Below are positions 44,359-59,500 of a stretch of DNA of 64,000 nucleotides, in pieces (positions within the stretch are counted from its first letter, which is position 1; every line of letters starts with the position of its first letter). This stretch comes from Owenia fusiformis (lineage: Eukaryota). The notes beneath the pieces are model-generated. The model saw nothing but the letters and a program-made list of their open reading frames with translations, was not told the origin of the DNA and did no database searches. The DNA is taken from positions 8,184,001-8,248,000 of the forward strand of contig CAIIXF020000001.1 in assembly GCA_903813345.2 (NCBI GenBank). Reading direction: 5' to 3'. Both the position numbers and the translations under genes were made by a program.

Positions 44359-47300
44359 GGAGAAAATGTCATTTGATCTTGTCCCAGAAGCAATATTTTG
44401 TTATTTTTATCGCCCAGAATTCCTTTAAGTGATTGGAGATAAAGCTAACAACAGTACGTACCATTTAGGAATGACATGTTATATGTATTAATAAACTGAC
44501 TCCAGGATCAAGATTTATGTCCGACGTCAGCTCTGGGAAGTTGGATTGAAATTTCTTATAGAGAAAAATTGAGCCCATTTCGACTAAACACTGTGCTGAG
44601 TAGTGTTTATAATACCCTACTTTATTTAAATCAATACAGTCTGTTGTCGCAGCAAATCAATGTTCTATTAGACTACAAAAATTTTGAATTTAGATTGCAG
44701 CCATTTTAAGGTCACGCGAGGTCTCGTGAATTTCTAAGTAAACATTTGCTACAAAATAACTTTTAGCAGATTTGTTTTTTGGTAAAAACATCGATGTTTT
44801 GTTTCAGGCATCGATGCATCGCCATAATTACTTTTGGCGATGAATGTTGCGATGTAATGATTAATCGCAACAACACTAATGCCCATGTGTACGTTAAGAA
44901 CAACACGCATTGCACGAATGCGCAATAAGTTAAAATGGCATTTCTTATCCCAGCGCTAGTGCCTGAACGACAGTGAGATTCCATTGTTAATAAAGACAGT
45001 GTTATTTCTGTTGCCGATAGCAAACTGTTGTGGCTAAGCCCGGAAGTAAAATTGTGTTCAATCTACGATTTCGTTTGAGGCGAAAATGAGCTAAAACAAC
45101 TTGCCCCGTGTGTCTATAACAAAACACCATCATTTTAGCGTCTATATAATCAATGCTTACAGTACTTGAAATATCCTTACTTGAAATTATTCACTGATCT
45201 ATTTTGAAGAGCTTTTGAAGAGCGATTTTAGCATTTGAGGCAATCTGCGCCAGTTCCTCTTGGTTCAGAATTAAGTTCATGAGCATTAGAATGAATAATT
45301 TGATTGGCTTAAATTCCAAGCCTCCATGCGCACTTGTAAATTATTTCAAACTATTAGGTATGCACGAAGTATTGAAGCAAAAACGAAACTGCTGCAGATT
45401 GCCCTACTTATTCAATGGCGGAAAATTCTTTATTCAAAATGTTTTCCCGTATTGGGGAAAAGAAACACAACCCCAGGATAGATATAGGATGACATTACAC
45501 AAACAAGAAAATAAGTAGGAATGATTGCTAAAAGCCGTGCATGAAACTTTACAGAAACTAAAGTAAGTGACACTGTTTTAAATGTGTTCTATTCCCCGGG
45601 TAATTTGGTCCACGACAACGACAGCTGATTTTAACTTTCGACAGATTTAATTCAGCCGACTGTCGTTCTGTCGTTCAGGTACTAGCTTAGTTCAACGTCG
45701 TTAAACTCAATAACGGCGTTATTTATTATTAAGAATTTTCTTGGGGCCATTATTGAGTTTAACCTCTTTACTATTCTTTCCATTGATGCAAGTTTTGGAT
45801 CCACCGAAACCATTTTTCCGCGATAACATGCAACTGATACTTGACAACAATATAAAAACACATAACATCAAGCGATTCAACACAATATTATTGTATTAAA
45901 TGGTCATTTATACAAGTAAAATGAGGTTAAACTTACCAATCTCTAAAATTACATTTCCGCATGTCCGGCATTGTGTCTGTTCGTCCCGGGTTAAAATTTA
46001 AACTATTGAAACGAAATTGTTGTCAAATAGATTGATAATTATCACGCGATAACTCGGGATAAAATAACCATTTTTGAGGATAGCAGGTATCTTTGATTGA
46101 TTTATATAGCGCTTGCATACACACAAAATCGTTATTAATTGCAAACCTACTGTTTGTTGATGCAGTGTCGCAATGACGGTTAATTCCTGATACGATTTGC
46201 AATTTCGATGTTACCGGAGCTGACCGATATTTTCGTAAAATTCCAAACCTGTCTCCAATATTTTCGTAATTATGCATCAATATGGTCTAAGGGGGGTACG
46301 GGATGGTGTGTATGTATTTATAAGGTATGTATGCATGCTTGAATCACATTCTTTATGTAATATTACCATGTTTTCGGAGTTTAATTAGTTCCGCATGTCG
46401 AAACCTGCTGAACGATTAAATGATCGCATCAAGGGCAAAATCATCATGGAAGTTAGACCTAGCCGGGGCCATAAGACATGTCAGATAAGAAACGAGGCCC
46501 AGGCTAGGTCTAATGTTGTTGGACTAGTACTAGCTCTACCCAGCGCGCCGGAGTGTGTTGCTCAATGTAGAAACACTTCAATTGGAAAAGCACCAATTAT
46601 GAACTTACTAAAACTGAATGCATGGCCATTAGAAATACAATCTGCAATACTACGAAAGATTGCAGCCTACCTGTATAGCCCTAATATTCTTTAATTTCTT
46701 ACATTTCATTTGAAGCAGTCAAGGCCATATGCTAAAATTAGAATCTCGCGCCATTCTTAAAAACTGCGCAATAAAATGTCAATTCGTGCAACATATTTCA
46801 TGTCCATAACGAGCCTTTCATACATATCATTCTTTCCTAATGAATCTTCTAACAAGATTCTGACTTAATCAATAAAATATAACAAGACAAGCACTCGTTG
46901 TTTTGGTGAGGAAGCATCTGATCAAAGCCAAACAGTGATCGTTGTCCGTCAGAATTTCCATAACAAATGACAAAAACATGCCAACTAAAAGTACTATTAC
47001 ACAACAAATATTTAATAAGCGAACCTGATCTTTTGACAACAAGTACTCAGATATATTACCTCTCTATTAAAATGGTTGTTGACGCTTGCCTTCATCAGGT
47101 CTAAGTGAAATTTGTCATGCTGCTCGCTCTCAAAGTGCACGGAGAGAGCCATTCGAGATCATCTTGCAATATGCAAATAAGCTGTTCTGCTGTACCCCCT
47201 ATATGTCAACAAAAGGTAAACAAACATATTATACCAGATCTAAGTTGATAAAACATGAAGATAAATTGATTCAAATTAATTGACAATATTTTTCATTAAT

Positions 47301-47531
47301 TTTAAACTCTTTGATTAACATTATATCTGTAAAATACCATGTGAAAATTAAAGAAACAGTATGGGAACTTCGGTGAGTTTTCAAGGTCAACTCACCCAAT
47401 CACTCTTACCACACCGCCATCTTGCGAGGAAAATGAAAGTTAATAAAATATACAAAGTTCCAGCAAAGTTCTATGCACAATAAAAGAGTGATTTACTAGA
47501 TAGCTTCTTGTCTTCTCATACGATCAAAGAA

Positions 47532-50500
47532 ATGTGTGAAGCATCAGATCCAGGGCATATTGCCATAATAGATGGATCTGTCTTAGAAGGGGTAAGTAGT
47601 CTCAGTATGTAGCCATAGTGACTGTGATGTGAGAAATTCTCCACATGGTGTGGTTTATCTAAGACTATCTCTACAGTTGGGGACAAAAATAAATGACAGG
47701 TCGATTTTCGATCACCATTTCCTAATTATGGTGGTCTGAAAGCCCATAATTTCCAATATTGTCTAGATACATATCCCTTAAAATTTGTATATTTTACATT
47801 TTGTATAATCTCATCCACTGATTCATGGCCTCTTGTAAATTCTCTTATTTTTAACATGGGAAATCCTCACTTCAGCAAATCCACCTGTCATTTATTTATG
47901 TCCCCAACTATACGTTCTAAACGAAGAGGGGGACAAGATAAGGTGTGGGTGCTACTTAGGTGCTATCTATTGCAAGACTTAGACACATGCTATCTATTCC
48001 AAGACGTATGCCTGGCACAACCGTCACCAAGTTATTGGTAACAACTAACAATGTTCTTGAATGAGATTAGAATTATAGTTTGTGGAAATGAATTATGAGT
48101 TAAAGTAGTAGTACATGTAGTAGTAGTCTAGATTTACATATTAAGAAAGATAAACGATGACATTTTTCATTACAGATGTCAATTAATATAACTTAACATT
48201 ACCACGGTCATGTCAGGCCTTGCAATATAGTATAGCATTGTTACGGTCATATCAGGCTTTAACATTACCACAGTCATGACAGGCCATGCAATGTACAATA
48301 TAGCATTGTTACGGTTATATCAGGCTATCATGATAACACTACCACAGTCATGGCAGGATCCTTGAGAAACTTAAAAACACTTAATAACATGGTGACGGTT
48401 GTGCCAGGCATTAGTCTTGCAACAGATAGGGTCTCGACTTAGACTTATGCCTGGCACCATGTTATCAGTGATCAGTGTTTTTATTAAGTTGTGCAAGGAT
48501 CCTGTCATGACCCTGGTATTGTTATCGTGAGATTATTTTTTAAATGTTGGTTCAAATTGCATTCTATTCATCACTGTTAACTATATATCTGCTTTAAAGA
48601 TTCTCGCAATCTTTATCCAATCAGCGTTTGCGAGTGTGTCGGTTCACGTATAAAAGGCGAATCCAACTCAAATCCATGCAGGGGTGTATGAGGTACTCGA
48701 ATAGGAAAGAGCTCGTGAAATCTGAATTTATATACACATGGTCAATGTTTACACATGTTTGAAGTTATTGAAGAAAATGTGATATGGGTGTGGTTCCGAA
48801 TTTGAAGTCATTGCTGGAAAATATGATTTTAATAAGTGAAATTATATCTATAAATACAGCACTAAAAATAACAGTACACATGAAGTACATGTATGATTGT
48901 GTTCAGAAATGTTTGAAACCCTTACGGAAAATTCTGTCTGCATTTTGTCACCATTGCTCTTTCTTCCCGCATTCTAGTACTGTTTGAATGAATATATTAA
49001 TTAATGTATTTCTAACTAAAATATATCACATTTTTTTTATAAACCACAAACATTTAGATCATAAAAAAAATATTCAATACTTGAGTGAGCACGATATGCA
49101 AGGGTTACTAAGTTGACACAGTAAATGACCACTGATATTGTGTTAGTCCATGCAAACAGCGTATTCTGCTAAGGCAATAAGAAGTAGATTCTTTGCTTTG
49201 CGTCCCCTTGCTTGCACGATTTTGAGTACATGTAAATCAGAAAAAACAAACACATCAAAATAGCAATCATAAGGGTCTGAAAGTACCATTACATTTCGTT
49301 CAATCAGAATCAGACGAAATGGCGGATAATTTGATGTGCGTCAAAATTGACAGTGTTATAATTATTTTGGCATACATTGTGTATTTTCTTATTTTTTACC
49401 CTTGAAGTTTAAATATATTGTATAAAATGTATAGGTATGTGTTTGTAATCACTGCAAATTGGTATGTCATCCCTTTTTATGCCCATAAAATGTATACATT
49501 TCTCAGCAAACAAGTTTGTGTTTTTTTCTTGAGTTTGTGTTTGTTTTCCTTGTACCCTTGCATGATTTGGATTTTGCCAGGACGCAAAACAAAGAATCTA
49601 CTTCTTATGGCCTAATACACATTTGCTAACACCCCCACTTTCAAAGTGAAGTGACTAATTGGTTTATGTTTACGTTTTAATGTGTTTTGGGTTCCTTGTT
49701 ACAGCAAGGGGGGCCAGTAAAGTAGACTATGTTTGCATGGCAAGTTTTGATCGAATATGTGAGACACTTTAAATAGGCTTATTATCTCAACGAACGAAGT
49801 TCGGTAGGGATATAGTGAAGCCGTCCGTCCATCCGTCCGTCTGTCCGTCTGGAAGATAACTCAAATATTAGTTGACAGATTTTCTTCATATTTGGTGGAA
49901 AGATGTATATTGATAAATACTAGTTTAAGTTTTTTTTTCAAGATGGCCATCGCTTTAAAAATGACGGGACTTTTTCACAAAAATCATAAATTTTTCATTC
50001 TAAACCAAAGTAATTAATATTATTGTTTGAAATTTTGGTAGTATATTCGCAACATCTATCTATTTCACATATATTCTGTGTTTTTCATCCTGACCCCCAG
50101 GGGTCGTGTATGGGGGGTCAGGAAAACAGAAATTTTTGCTAATTTTTAGATCTTTCTGAAGTATACGGTGTAGCTTTATTATACTCAAATGAAAGGCAAT
50201 TGAGAGTAGATTGCAAATATTGTATCTTTTTTCTGATTCAAGCCTCGTGAAATTCAAAATGGCTGTCTAATGTACAATTTCGCAATAATTTTTCGATCCC
50301 TCCAAAGTATGGATATATAATACTCAAATTGAACGAATTTTGGAGTAGATCACAATTATGGTATTATTTTTCAGATTTGAACCTCAGAAAATTCAAAATG
50401 GCTGCTTTGCAGGAATTCGCAATTCTAAAATCTAAATTTTTCAATTTTAACCAAAGTAATGAGTATAATTGATTGGAATTCGGTAATTGATATTTTGTTC

Positions 50501-53500
50501 GTTGGAATTTGCTACTCTGTGGAGTTGCCGTTATCTAGTTAGCCTTTTGCGGATTATTGATGTAGATGTAGATGAAAGCCTGGTATAACCGTGACAATGC
50601 CATATTTGCAAGGCCTGTCACACAGGTGTTCCCTGGGTAATAAGAGTGTCGGATGCGCGCGGGCTTCCCTCTAAATTAGTCCAACAACATTAGACCTAGC
50701 CTGGGCCTCGTTTCTTATCTGACATGGCTTATGGCCCCGGCAAGAAAATTCCAAATAGTAAAGAACACCATTATTGAGTTTTACGACGTTGAACTACCTC
50801 TAAGTAAATCAAAAGATCATATCAGGCTTTAACATAACCATGGTAGGCCATGCAATATGATATTGGGAGACTATGGGGCGAACCTCTTTTCCCTACTCAC
50901 GCTACTATATCTTTGTTTCCAGGACCCTATAGGCAGTGGCAGCAGCCCCCCACACACTCCAATTAAAATGCAGATGCTTTATTTTTCTTCTAATAACTGT
51001 GTATAAACCATGTTTACAAATTATCAAAAACCATCAAATATGTTTCCATACATGTGCTTTACATTTACCATACCAACTAAAATGGCCCAATATCAAATAT
51101 ACCAAATTATCAAAAAATAAGGGCCAAAGCCACCATTGGTAGGTTGTAGGTATATCCCCCCATTTCGAAGCTAAATCATCAAAAAACTCCCTAAATTACT
51201 AAATCCATAATTCATACGGATAATGGGAAGTTCTACTAAAAGCTGATTATATACATTAGATTATGAAAGTGAAACTTCCCATCATAATCTTCATGGCACA
51301 TGTGTATATTGATGGTCCATTTGCAAAAATGAGGTGTTCCAAATCCGATTTATGAATTTTGCATCACTCACTATGATGAGGGAGCCTTAATTAACAGAAA
51401 CTTAACTGCAATTCTTAATCAAGTGGCTGATAATGCCTTCAGCAAAGCCACTACAAGTGTATAATGTTTATGTACTTTATGTATTTGTAAAATAAATTCT
51501 ATGAATAAAAAAAACTAAAAAAAACTTAATAGAATTAAAAATTCTTAACCAATTATTTTACCATGGATGGAATAATTTCAAATTGAGAGAAAAATTTAGG
51601 AATTTGTAAGTACAAAATTTTATTTTAAATCAATATTCTAATTTTTTCTGATATAAGATTTTTGGTTATGTTTATGAAAATAATTGCTTCTTACTTTGGT
51701 GCCAGTGTAGACAGTATATTTTATATGACATGATATTTGCAGGGTGGCCAGATACTACGTAATGCAGCAGCCCTTAGTTGTCTCTTGGTAAAACGTATTA
51801 CAGTAAACAATGTCCGTTCATCTAGAAGTAATCCAGGATTAAGGTAAAGAACAACTATCAGGACAAAGTGTGTACTGAAGGCCCGTAGCCAGGAGGGTTT
51901 AAGTTCAAGTTTTTCACCATTCAGAGCACTTTTCAAGTAATTTGGCCATTTTTTGGCCAAAGTTGTCAAAAGTGAACCCCCCTAGAATTCTTCAAAAATT
52001 GAACCTCCCTTGGCAAATCCTAGCTACGGGTCTGTACTGTATAGGTCATATCATGTTAGTGAATATTAAAAGGGAATTTATTAGATTAGATACAAGACTA
52101 TCTCTAACTTTGACCCTTAAATACCCCAATACTTTTTATTATATAATCATGCCTTTCTGTGCAGTTTGCACCATCAATAGACTGTGATAAAAACTTCAGT
52201 ACATGTATAACAGAATTACTGGATGAAATAAGCATGAAATTAACCATAGATTTTTACATTAGCCAGTGTACCTTGTTTTTAATTATTTATTTTAGACCAC
52301 AGCATCTGATGGGCCTCAAGTTGGTAGCAGAGTTGTGTGGGGGAGATCTTCAAGGGGGAGCTGTTGGATCTCGTACTGTCACTCTAACTCCAGGCAAGAG
52401 GATCAGAGCTGGTTCATATTGTGCAGATACAGGAACTGCTGGGTAACTAAGTAAAGGTTGTCATGAAATGTTGTTTGTGTGATTAGGTTTGGTAAAAACA
52501 GAATAATGCCAATTTAACTATTGAATTACTGCAAAATGGTAAACTTTTATTAAAACATTCTGACACAAGTTTAGATCTGGATCTGTTCAATTTTGCCATA
52601 AATGAGAGTTGATCTTTGTGTCACCAGTTAGATTATTTATTGTTTAAGCCCTGGACTCAGTGGATTGTATGCTGAATCATTCCATTGAAGGTGTTGTTTC
52701 CAAATCTTTGCATGACCGCTCAGTGGAAAAGCAAAGTTAAGGAAACACTTAGTGGAATGAAGCAGCCACAATGTGTCTTGGGCTAAAATTCTTTTTACAC
52801 ATTGCAAAATATTTTCTACAAAATCACCTTAAAGATACAAAAACACTAAAAGAACATATTTTCAATGAAATTTTTGCAAGGGTCAAGTTGGCAAAGCATC
52901 AGTTTCAATCTCCTAGCCTTGACAACCATACAACATATACGTTTTTGGTTATATAACGGAATGTAGTTACGTCAAATAGCGTGTTCTGATTGGCTTGAAT
53001 TTCACACACCTTGCCTAGCAATGTGTGAATTTTGTTTGAACACTGACATGGGAAAATCTTAATGATTGCTCCCTCATCTATTACTTTGACTGCATAGTTA
53101 CTGTAACTACCCTAACCTGGGAAAAGAGTATGTACTGCATGAAAATGCATTTTCTCTGGGGCCAGTTGTGCAAGAGTTTGAGGCAGATTTGAAAAATTGA
53201 ACTCAAGTTTTCTTGATGATGGCAACTCAATGGATACAGTTACTTTTTCGAAATATAATTACAGAAAATAAACATATATCTTCAAGAACATGGATAATTT
53301 CATCCACGCTAAATAAAGAATGCAATACTTACATTCTGTGAGCCTTAGAATGTTATTTCATCAATTGAAATTAAGTTTTTGTTTACCCATTCCCCTAATG
53401 AAATTAGTTTCCACAACTTCTTCCACAACTGTTGACATTTGGACACTACCCCTTCAAAATCTATCTATAATCCTCTATATTCTGTCTATAATCCCCTATT

Positions 53501-56500
53501 ATAATAATCTATCTAAACTGTTTACTTGTTCTATTTCCAGGAGCATCTGCCTACTTCTTCAAGCAGCTCTTCCCTGCCTTTTGTTTGGAGATGGCCCCTC
53601 TACACTGACACTCAAGGGTGGCACCAATGCACAGATGGCCCCTCAAATAGACTACTTTACCATGGTATTTATTACTTAATTAAAGGATCAGTCACCCCAA
53701 TTCTCCTTCTAACCCTTGGGACGGCCCTATCTTGACATTTTAGATCGGTTATCATTGCCCTAACCACTTTGTACACTAGTATAGTCAACATCCAAAATGG
53801 CTGCCCTAATCATGAGCTATATTTTTTGTTCAACTTCGCTTTTACAGTGCTTCTGCAGGCCTAAGCCACACTAATTTCATCGCTAAACTGTACCCTCTGT
53901 AATGATGTTCATATTGAAGCACATATAGTGACTTAGGCCTGCGGAACCAATGAACTGTTAAAATATTTAGGCCACCTCAATACATCAAGTACATGTAAGT
54001 GAAAAACACACATAGCATGGTATAAAAAAGCAGGTCATATTTGATTACATCCAATCAATATACAATTATATTATATTAATTATTATATATTATATTCTTT
54101 ACAATTAGAGTGCCTCCAATCTATAAGGCATGAGTAATTCTTGATGTTAGAATATTGAATGTGAATATATTCTTAAACCTCAGAAAAATGATAATTAAGA
54201 AAAAAATACACAAGTTTGGCAAAGTTTGGAATTGCCTGAAAATATATTCTTGGGTTGATTTAATTTCAAAATAATTTACTAGTAACACATTTACACATTT
54301 GGATTTATACCTTATTTATAGTGACACTTATCTTGACAGATTCTTTGTTAATAAAATATATTATGAGGTTATATAATGGTTATTTCTGTATATCGTGTTT
54401 ATACTCGAGTGAGTATATGATATATTCACAAGTGAGCGTAGCGAACGAGTGAATATATTATATTCTCACGAGAGTATAAAATGCACGATATACAGAATGA
54501 GCCATTGTATAATCTTATTATGCCACTCTAAGTTCAATTACAGTTGATTCAAACACAATCATTACAATTAAAAACCATCCCATAGCCAACTCAATAGTGC
54601 TGATGTTGATCTCGAACCATTTATGACGTGGCTCATTAGTTCCCAGAATGCACTTCTACAGTGGTATACGCTGGAGTGTATACGGAGGAGTTGTATACGA
54701 TGACGATATACCACTCTCCACTGTATATCGTTGTTATAGACCCATGTTATACAACTGTAATTGGACTTAGAGTGGTATAAACTGTATTATCATACACTTA
54801 GTGTACTAAATGTATATTAAAATTAAAAAATAAATTTGATGTTGGCAAAATGAATAACCGGAGGATATCGCCACAATATACTCCAGAAAACAATATGCAG
54901 AGGTTATTGTGATGACATACTCCGCTTATTGATTTTTCCGCCAAATTGAACTATTTGACATGGACTTATTTTTCAATAATACTAAACATTTAGTGAACTA
55001 CAAGTAAGTGTAGGATAATAAGAACATCCTATGATTTTTTCAGAATATCATTTTAATCTACTCGATATTGATATGTGCACTCGTTCGCTTCGCTCTCTCG
55101 GGCAGATATCAATATCACCTCGTAGATAAAAATGATATTCCTCAAAATCATAGAATATCCTTTACAAGCCATCTATCTGTTGATCTGTCCCAATAATAAC
55201 TCAAAATACGAGTAGAATGATTTTGTTCATTTAGGTACAAAAACTAAAATAAATGTCTGTTATTTTAGAGTAAGATAATGGGTATTACTGTATGAATGAA
55301 ATAGATGAAAACAGTTTTATTTAACATGCATCATGAGTTTGCTGACCTGATTCAATACCATTGAGGGAGGGGATGGGAGAAAGGGCAAAAACCCAGAAAG
55401 AATCAATTATTAATCAATTAATCAAATATTTGTCCATATTATGTTTTTATCAAAGGTTATTCAAGTATGTTCAGCCTTTGAAAATCCAAAATAGTCATTA
55501 AAATGTGGGAATTTGCAATCTAATTTTGAGACCTGCAAAGTATGCCTTTATTATATAGTGCAAATCAAAGTATTTCAGATTAGGCCACAAATATTGTGTT
55601 ACCTTTCTAATTCAGATTTCTGCCTTGGAAAATTTTTAAATGATGATTTACATTTCTGGTATTTCCAGCATGAAATATTCAAAATGATCTATTGAAAACT
55701 GCCCATAATGATTTGGAATATTTTGTTCTTTGAGGAATAGCTGCTCCATACAAATATCCTCTGGCCATACTGGGTAAATTACATGGAAGCCATTTTGCTC
55801 TTTAAAGCGGGATATTCATGATTCATTTGAATATTTCTTAGATTTAAAATTAACAAAGCTCACAGTGAGGAAAATGGTGTTTGTCTGTCATAGTTGTACT
55901 AACCAATGTATTAGAACAACATGATATCTATCTGTTTAACAATATTATGATATTTAACGAATTATTGTTGTAGGTATTTGGGCCAATTGCAGAGAGATTC
56001 GGAGTAAAATTTGACTGTGATATTGTTAAAAGGTGAGCCCAGAAAATAATATTCCAAATTTTCAAATGCTGAATCTAAAAGAAACATTTATTCAGACAAA
56101 CATACTGGATTTATCTGCCTCATTCTTTTAAATAAGCATACACAGAGAAAATAGTATTCATAATCATTTTTCTGGAATGAGTTCATTGTTCAATCACTGT
56201 TTTTATAAGGTTATTCAATGCGGCATCCATATTCACATTCTTCTCTTTAATGGTTACGTTCCTTTCAAAATACAATGTTTGATTTAAAACTTTTTGGTTT
56301 TAGAAATGTCTTAGTTCAAATCACCATTAAGTTCATAACAAGTATTTGATGTTGCATTTCAGGGGATATTATCCAAAGGGAGGTGGTGAAGTTAGAATAA
56401 CAATCCATCCCATAAAACAACTCAATGCAGTAGACATGACAGACTTAGGCAAGGTGGACAGCATATCTGGGAGAGCTTTCGTTGCAGGTGCACTGCCAAA

Positions 56501-59500
56501 AAAGGTACTTACTAAAATAAGTAAAAAATAAAGGTAATAACATTTTTATCATTCTCATCAGTGTTCTGGTATGTAAAGGATATAAATATTTGGGATATGC
56601 ATCATAAGTTAAAAAGTACATGTATGAGTTCTAAAATATGAAAAATCAAATTGAGCATATTATTATAACTTTTGTTTTATTGGTGTTTTTAACCAAGTAT
56701 TAAACTATTTCTGAAAGTGTCTGTTATGATAGGAATAGATGTTTAGAACATGTGTGTTATGTGTGTACAGTAAATCCTGTTAATTTGAATATCCCTGAAA
56801 AGGGAACACATTGCAAGTGGAACACTTTTTCAAAGTCCTGTTTTTAAAACCAATTGACTTAATTTCAATTGTAAGTGGAACCATGGGCATTCAATCTATT
56901 GAAAGCCCATGGTGGAACAGTCAATTTTTCAAAAAATCATCGGATTAACCTCCTACAGTTATTTCTGTACTGGAAACAACAACACAACTGTTTCTTCATG
57001 TCTAAGAAATCAGGAATACAAAACAATTTATCAATTTGAAATAATTAGTTTTCAGTGGTATGAGATTCATACTATCAATAATACACCAAGACATTATAAT
57101 TACTTTAAAATCAATCAAATTTGACTTGACACTCACACTCACAATATAAGCTTTGTAAATGCAACATTCTTTGGCAGAACCACTTACACAGGTTTTACTG
57201 TGATATATGTTTTACTGAGATATGTATAGCATTCATGCTTTGTTAACCACCTTAATACAACACAATATGAAAAATGTTTCTTGTATTGGTTGATGTTTAT
57301 GCTTATGCTTATTAAATGCAGGTCGCTGACATTATGGCAAATTCAGCAAGAGATCATCTAAAGAAACGTTTTACTAATGTGTCGGTGGATATTGAATCAG
57401 TAAAGGAAGCAGAGAACAGAGCTGTGGGAACTGGAGCTGGGATTATGTGAGTAATGGTGAAAACATAGACCTTTACATCATCATGTTTTTTTCATACATT
57501 ATGTGATTTAATGGTGGTTAAAACATAGACTTTAATACATCATTGTGTTTTTTCCATAGATCATGTGATTTTTATGGTGAAAACATAGACTTCTTTAATA
57601 TATTGTGGGTAATCTAGTTGAAAGCCCATGGTAATAGTGGCTTCTCATTAGACTTCCAACTATTCTGTACCTAAGATATTTCATTATTTTCCAGTGTGAG
57701 TGCCAAATCAACCAATGGTTGCATACATGCTGGTTCTGCTTTAGGAAAGAAAGGTAAGGTGTGATGTCTAGACTTAGGATTGAAAGTGTTATATACTGTA
57801 CGCCCGGTATTATTCGCGTGCGATTAACTTTCGCGCTTTTCGCGATGGTGTTAAAATCGCGAAAAATTATCGTCGCGAAATTGCCAATTAAATCCCCGGG
57901 AATTTGTTTTTACCCGGGGCTCTGATGCATTTCGTCAACTTCTGATCCCTCCATTCCTACATCTGTAAGAAGAACTACAAAATGCATTTCGTTTTGTGTA
58001 AATCGTTTCGTCTAGTGTTATTAATACTAGACGAATTGGATGATTTCCACCAACATGTCTATTTTACGTTGGCTAGTCAGGCCAACTACTACCAATGGGC
58101 CTAGGCTTAATAATGACATCGACGATATTATAGAAACTGAAGTTCAAATTGCTAAAAATAACATGAAGTCCAAGCGTGGAACATATAAAGTGTACAACGA
58201 CGCAGAAAGGGCAAACATAGCCCGGCACGCACTTCTGAACTTGTGAAATTCGCGAAATTTAATAGCCGCGAAACCGTGTTTTCGCAAAATTCGCGAAATT
58301 AAAGCTCGCGAATAATACCGGGCGTACAGTAAACTTCTTTTATCACATCTTTATTTTGATAAACCAGAAGTTAACTTTCAAGTCGAGAAAACAGTGATAA
58401 TGCTCATTTTAAGACATGTTGAGATACAACTTATTGGCAATAGGCAGACATCAGAGAACTTAATTCTGGATCAGTTACAGATTTCAATGGCTATTTTATC
58501 ATTTAAAATATATTTTTTAATTTGCCTGATGTTCCAACTAAAATAATTTGAAATTTCATAAATGAGAATATTTTGAGATATCTGTTTCAAAAAACCATAT
58601 ATTATATGTATACCCAAATAGGTATTCCATCTGAGGATGTAGCCAAAACTGCCTGTGATATGCTAACTAAGAGTCTCATGTATGGGGGAACAGTAGATGA
58701 ATATCTCCAGGATCAGGTTAGTGTAATAACTATATCCAATGAAATATACATTAATGGTTGCCAAAATGTATCATGCAAAATGCCAGGCACATTCGGCTAA
58801 GTTTCTGTATTGCTTGATCAACATACTTTCGTTCAATTCAAGTTCAATAGAAAATACCCTCAAATTGGAGTAAATAATATTCACAGTTTTTAAAGAAATT
58901 ATATGTATTTTTTCAAGTTGATTATCCTGATGGCATTAGCAAAAGGGAAGTCCCGGATAAGTTGTGGTCCAATATCTCTTCATACAAAGACTGCAATTCA
59001 TATAGCACAAATGCTTACTCAAGTAAGTTAAGTTGTTTTCACATTACCCATGTCGACTCACCGTTCCCCACCATGTGGCTGCTTTTGGGCATTAATTTTT
59101 GTATTTGGTGTGATGGAGGATATCTTGCTGTAAAACCATTTGTTTTGCCCACCACGTGTTCATGCCGTGACCTGCCGTTTGGCCCAAAGTATTCACTCTT
59201 TGGTGAACGGTGAGCCGAAACAGTGTGACAGCTCCATTAAACCAAACCATTTTGTTAACTACTACCAGATATTAATATTGTGTAAATAACAGATTATTTC
59301 GATAAAAATTCCCATTGGATCACATGGAAAATATTTTACAATTCTAAAAAATAAATAGACCTAAGTATTGGATGAACTGGTACTCTCTGAAATATCTTAG
59401 ATTTTTGAATGATTGTACTTTTGATACCCAGATTTAAAATTGACCAGAAGATATATAGAGCAATTCTTTTTTACCAAAAACACATTATAGATATAGATAT

